Assembly: GCA_951406725.2 (NCBI GenBank)
Contig: OX597831.1
Span: 68,944,001 to 69,008,000, forward strand
Length of the DNA stretch: 64,000 nucleotides
Origin: Octopus vulgaris
Taxonomy: Eukaryota
Reading direction: 5' to 3'
The notes beneath the pieces were generated by a model, which did no database searches, had not been told where the DNA came from, and was given only the letters and a program-made list of their open reading frames with translations. The position numbers and the translations under genes were made by a program. This document shows positions 59,896 through 64,000 of this stretch, in pieces (positions within the stretch are counted from its first letter, which is position 1; each line of letters begins with the position of its first letter).

Positions 59896-60747
59896 TCTGT
59901 ATGTGTGTCTTTGTGGAGGAGGCTGGCAAACGGCCACGATCGTTGGTGCTTTTTACATGTCCTCGACATGGATGCCAGTCAGGCGGTACTGGCATTGGCC
60001 ATGTTCGGATGGTGCTTTTTACGTGCCACCGGCATGGGTATCATAGCTACAATTCCCATTTGATTTTTATTTTGATGTTGATGTTGATGTACTTGACTCA
60101 ATAGGTCTCCTCAAGCACAACAGGTCGCCCTATGATCCAAGGTTATCCCAGCAGGCCATCCTGTGAGCCATGAGCTCACTTCATTTGTTGGATCTTCGCA
60201 GTCACAGCATATCTCCAGAGGTCTTGGTCTTTCATCATAGCCTCTGTGAGGCCCAACGTTTGAAGGTCATGCTTGACCACCTCACCCCATGTCTTCCTCA
60301 GTCTACCTCAACCTCGGATTCCTTCAACAGTTTGAGTGGTGCACTTCTTCACACATCTCTCCTCATCCATCCATAGTACATGACCATACTAGCGCAAACG
60401 TCTCTCCTGCATGCCACATCCAGTGTTTCTTATGTCCAACATTTCCCTCAGGGTGCTTACACTCTGTCGTGCATTCACACTGACATTACACATCCAGTGG
60501 ATCATGCTAGCTTCATTTCTTTCAAGCCTATGCATGTCCTTCACAGCCCATGTTTCACTGCCATGAAGCATGGCAGTTCACACACATGTGTCATACAATC
60601 TACTTTTCACTCTGAGTGAGAGACCCATTGTCGCAAGTAGGGGAAGAAGCTTTCTAAACTTTGCCCAGGCTATTCTTATTCTAGTGGTAACACTCTCTGA
60701 GCATCCACCCCAACTACTAACTTGGTCGCTTAGGTAGTGGAAACTAT

Positions 60748-60750
<3 letters not shown>
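59896..60750 (-). pseudogene. RTE (BovB-like) LINE 3' portion, the autonomous source of family C tails
   Basis: DSFHYLSD...RIRIAWAKFRKLLPLL, MLHGSETW...RLERNEASM..WMC, ERRLR*YGH, KHDLQTLGL, then the UTR modules. Confidence 0.88.
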
Positions 60751-60793
<43 letters not shown>

Positions 60794-61041
60794 TTAATAT
60801 TTGAGGGAATATAATCCAAAACTTACAAGGAATAAAATTCCATTTAGAAATACTAAATCAAATTTCACACAATATAATATATATATAAAAAACTAGAAAA
60901 AAACACCTTTTATCAATTAAAAATGAACAACTAAATTACACCATCCAGAAAATTACATATAATAGAAATATTAACATTAAAATAACAATAAAATGTCAAA
61001 GATTAAGTAAATTGCAAAAAAAAAAACTAATAATAACTTAT

Positions 61042-61131
<90 letters not shown>

Positions 61132-61199
61132 TACTCTATAGAAATAAACGTGTTACAATTTACTCAGGCTTTGCAAGTCTAATAACCTGGTGTAGAACT

Positions 61200-61700
61200 C
61201 AATATATGCATTCTTCAGAATGAAGTGTTAGACAAGTATAGAGTGGTAATGGAGATGACAAAGGAAAAAAAGCAGGTCATCTTATGAGTTTCATCAGCTT
61301 GTGAATGTTTCTGCTATAAGATGCAGTGGACTCGTAGTTGAGGGTCTGAATGACATCCTGTACTTCATGAAACAAATTTGTGTGTGTGAGTGTTGTTTTG
61401 TGATCAAGGAAGACCATCGCTGACTATTGTCCATTCAAAATGCCTGCAATGTCAATGCATAAGGTTATTGCACCAGCAGTTAGCTTCCCCTTCATTCATG
61501 TCCACAGCTTCCATGCTTCCTGCAGTGCTCTCCTACTTGACTGGGCACTGGATAGTTGCCCTGTTGGCGATTGCATGTGCAAGCATAAGATACCCAAAAT
61601 GTTCAGTGCCATTCCTTGTATATCTGTTTTTTATATCAGAGTGACTTACCCTTAGAGACATGCTTTAACAAAAGCTAAGAGGTTCCTCACTCCCAGTACT
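61200..61700 (-). pseudogene. Decayed LINE RT fragment
   Basis: Minus strand CIDIAGILNGQ looks like LDIAG and LNGQ motifs joined by a deletion. Confidence 0.35.
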
Positions 61701-62999
61701 CTTCAAGCACACCAGACACCAACCCAAAATTTCTGAGGGCCCATCACTAATATATATATATATATATCTATATGCATACACACACATATAGGCAATATTA
61801 TTTACATGTGTATGTGCATTCATAATTCATACCATTTACACTAAAATATGGACATATATTTTTAAGTTAATATATTTATATATTTTGTAGCACAAAACAT
61901 ATAGGTGCCTATACATGTATACACAAATATAGTTATATATTTATGCATGTCTGTATATCAGTCTATATAAGTGTGTGTAAATATATATACATATTTGTAG
62001 ATTCATATATATATACGTTATAATTTCATTTTTAGTTTATACAACAGCATTTTATCTTTTCCTGAAAACTATTACTACCAGCACAGTGGATAAAATTTTC
62101 TTGTTTATGTTGGTTGGTTTTGCTACTAATCTTATCAAAATGCTTGAAATAAATGCCGATATATGCTATCTCACTAAACATCAACACAAGAGTATCTTTG
62201 ATCTTGCATTTATATTAATGTTATACACAGAAATCAGAAATAGACTTGTTCTGAAAATCTGCTTTATATGCATCAAATTAATATTTTCTTTGGTCTATCA
62301 TATCAGATTCCTCACATTCTTTTTGAACTACTGGGTAAGTAAGATGCTCTTTGGGCAGCAGGTTTTGTAGATTCTTTTATTCTTCATATGCTGTAATAAA
62401 TTTTCCCTGATACATTCACTAGTATTAGTGTCTTGAACATGAATAGAATGTACATAGCTTAAATGATTAGTATTTTATTTGTCATTGACAGAATAATAAC
62501 TGGGTTTTTACACATGAAATTACAATAGTTTGTCAAATGTATCAGCTACTTTTATGAGTTTTTACGATCACCAATTTCACTTTGCTACGGCCATCTCCAA
62601 AATCATTAATCATATGATAGTAAAATCAATAAATCATACTCTGCGGCCCTTCATATTCCACATCTGGAATGAAAGAATAAATTGAAAGTACAGAATTTCA
62701 ATTGGTACTTCTTCCTTTTCCTCAAATTTTAACACATTCACTCAACTTTTAGGAAATTTTATCCACTCTCTAGTATTGATATTGAATGATTATCCAAAGC
62801 ATAATTTGAGGCATATTATTTAGTCATGTCTGTATTTAAGATTACTATAATACAGCTAAACAGGTTTTGAATGAAATCACTTTCCTCTTTTTCTAGCTTG
62901 ACTGGTAACATCATATACTCTCACTGTAAACTACAAACTTAGAGTTAGTTAAATTCTTACACCTCCCTACATCTCTTATATTTCGGCACATGTAGACAC

Positions 63000-63420
63000 A
63001 AACTGTATAGAAAACATACAGCTCACTTGCATTGATAAAAACCCTTCCACCTAATTTTTAAGAACCTTGTCTGTAAAACTGTTAAAAAGATTTCCAGCTT
63101 CTCAGACAAAGGAAAAGTGCTATAGAACTGCAAAGCACACCAACATGGCTTCAGACAACTAGATTTAGAGAAACAAATTAATAAAACTTAAACCCTACAG
63201 GAAAAATAAAGCAAAATGGAAAACAGACACACATATTGCCATCAGGCAAAATCTGGTGTATGTCTCCAAATCCAATATTTCCAAAGCTTCATAAATCTGA
63301 TTTTGGAAATATTTATCCATAGACTACAAAAGTTCCATTTCATTCAAACAACACTAATTAAATTGGAGTCACAATTACATAAAAAATAAATAGAATGTCA
63401 TCACAGTTATATGACACCCA
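63000..63420 (+). pseudogene. Possible decayed PLE fragment
   Basis: KSNISKA..NLILEIF...KFHFIQTT.IKL loosely resembles TNIGK.FL.LI.KHFP...FN..T.KLSYS. Confidence 0.35.
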
Positions 63421-63814
63421 GAGTAATAGGTGACAACTGATTCTATGAAGTCATTTGAATAATTCTTTCAAAGTAGCATGTATGAATTAGTGTGTGTTTG
63501 TGTGTGTGTGTGGGTGTGTGTATCAGACACCCAGACTGTGGCACTCAGACTGTTTGGGCTTAGCCCCAGGATAAATTTACTAAAGTGAACGTATATTTGC
63601 AAACTGCTTTAATTTCTGCCAATTCTTCAAGTATGAAATTTCAGCCAATAACTCAGGCTCTTTTTATTGATCCTGGTCACAGTTAATATAGTTTCATTAA
63701 GCATAGGGTGGTTGTCTTAGAGGTGCCCAGTGTCAAAAAATAACATTTGTAGCAGATGTCCTCTTGACATCATTCACACGCACCTAACTCAGGCTCAAAA
63801 GTTACAACCCGAGT

Positions 63815-64000
63815 TCATCATCATCATCATCGTTTAACGTCCGTTCTCCATGCTAGCATGGGTTAGATGGTTCGACCGGGGATCTGGGAAGCCAGAAGGC
63901 TGCACCAGGCTCCAGTCTTATCTGGCAATGTTTCTACAGCTGGATGCCCTTCCTAACGCCAACCACTCCGTGAGTGTAGTGGGTGCTTTTTACGTGCCAC
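63815..64000 (-). mobile_element. RTE 3' end (family C), runs off the window
   Basis: Near-identical to 25583-25772. Confidence 0.85.

Overview
AT-rich, repeat-saturated eukaryotic DNA, either intergenic or deep-intronic. No intact protein-coding gene is supportable; most listed ORFs are microsatellite, SINE or decayed-TE artefacts. The repeat inventory resembles an octopus (coleoid cephalopod) genome; this is my inference from recognising the repeats, not a database result. Contents: four tRNA-derived SINE families (several with clear target-site duplications, TSDs), many 5'-truncated RTE 3' ends with (GAT)n tails, decayed LINEs (CR1/L2-like, RTE, HERO-like and CRE-like restriction-endonuclease types), Penelope-like elements (PLEs), a decayed hAT transposase, two hAT MITEs with 8-bp TSDs, mariner and Helitron-like remnants. 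The main signal is a set of hammerhead-ribozyme-bearing non-autonomous elements. The best example (13772-14491) has two ~97%-identical 352-nt monomers in opposite orientation and different circular permutations, each carrying a type I hammerhead, as expected of a retrozyme/circRNA-like or PLE-dependent mini-element. Other examples: a tRNA-headed element carrying a hammerhead (52094-52523), a second fold-back hammerhead family (14508-14790 and 43975-44196), and a PLE hammerhead split by a hAT MITE (24305-24560). All alignments and foldings were done by eye; boundaries of decayed elements are approximate.
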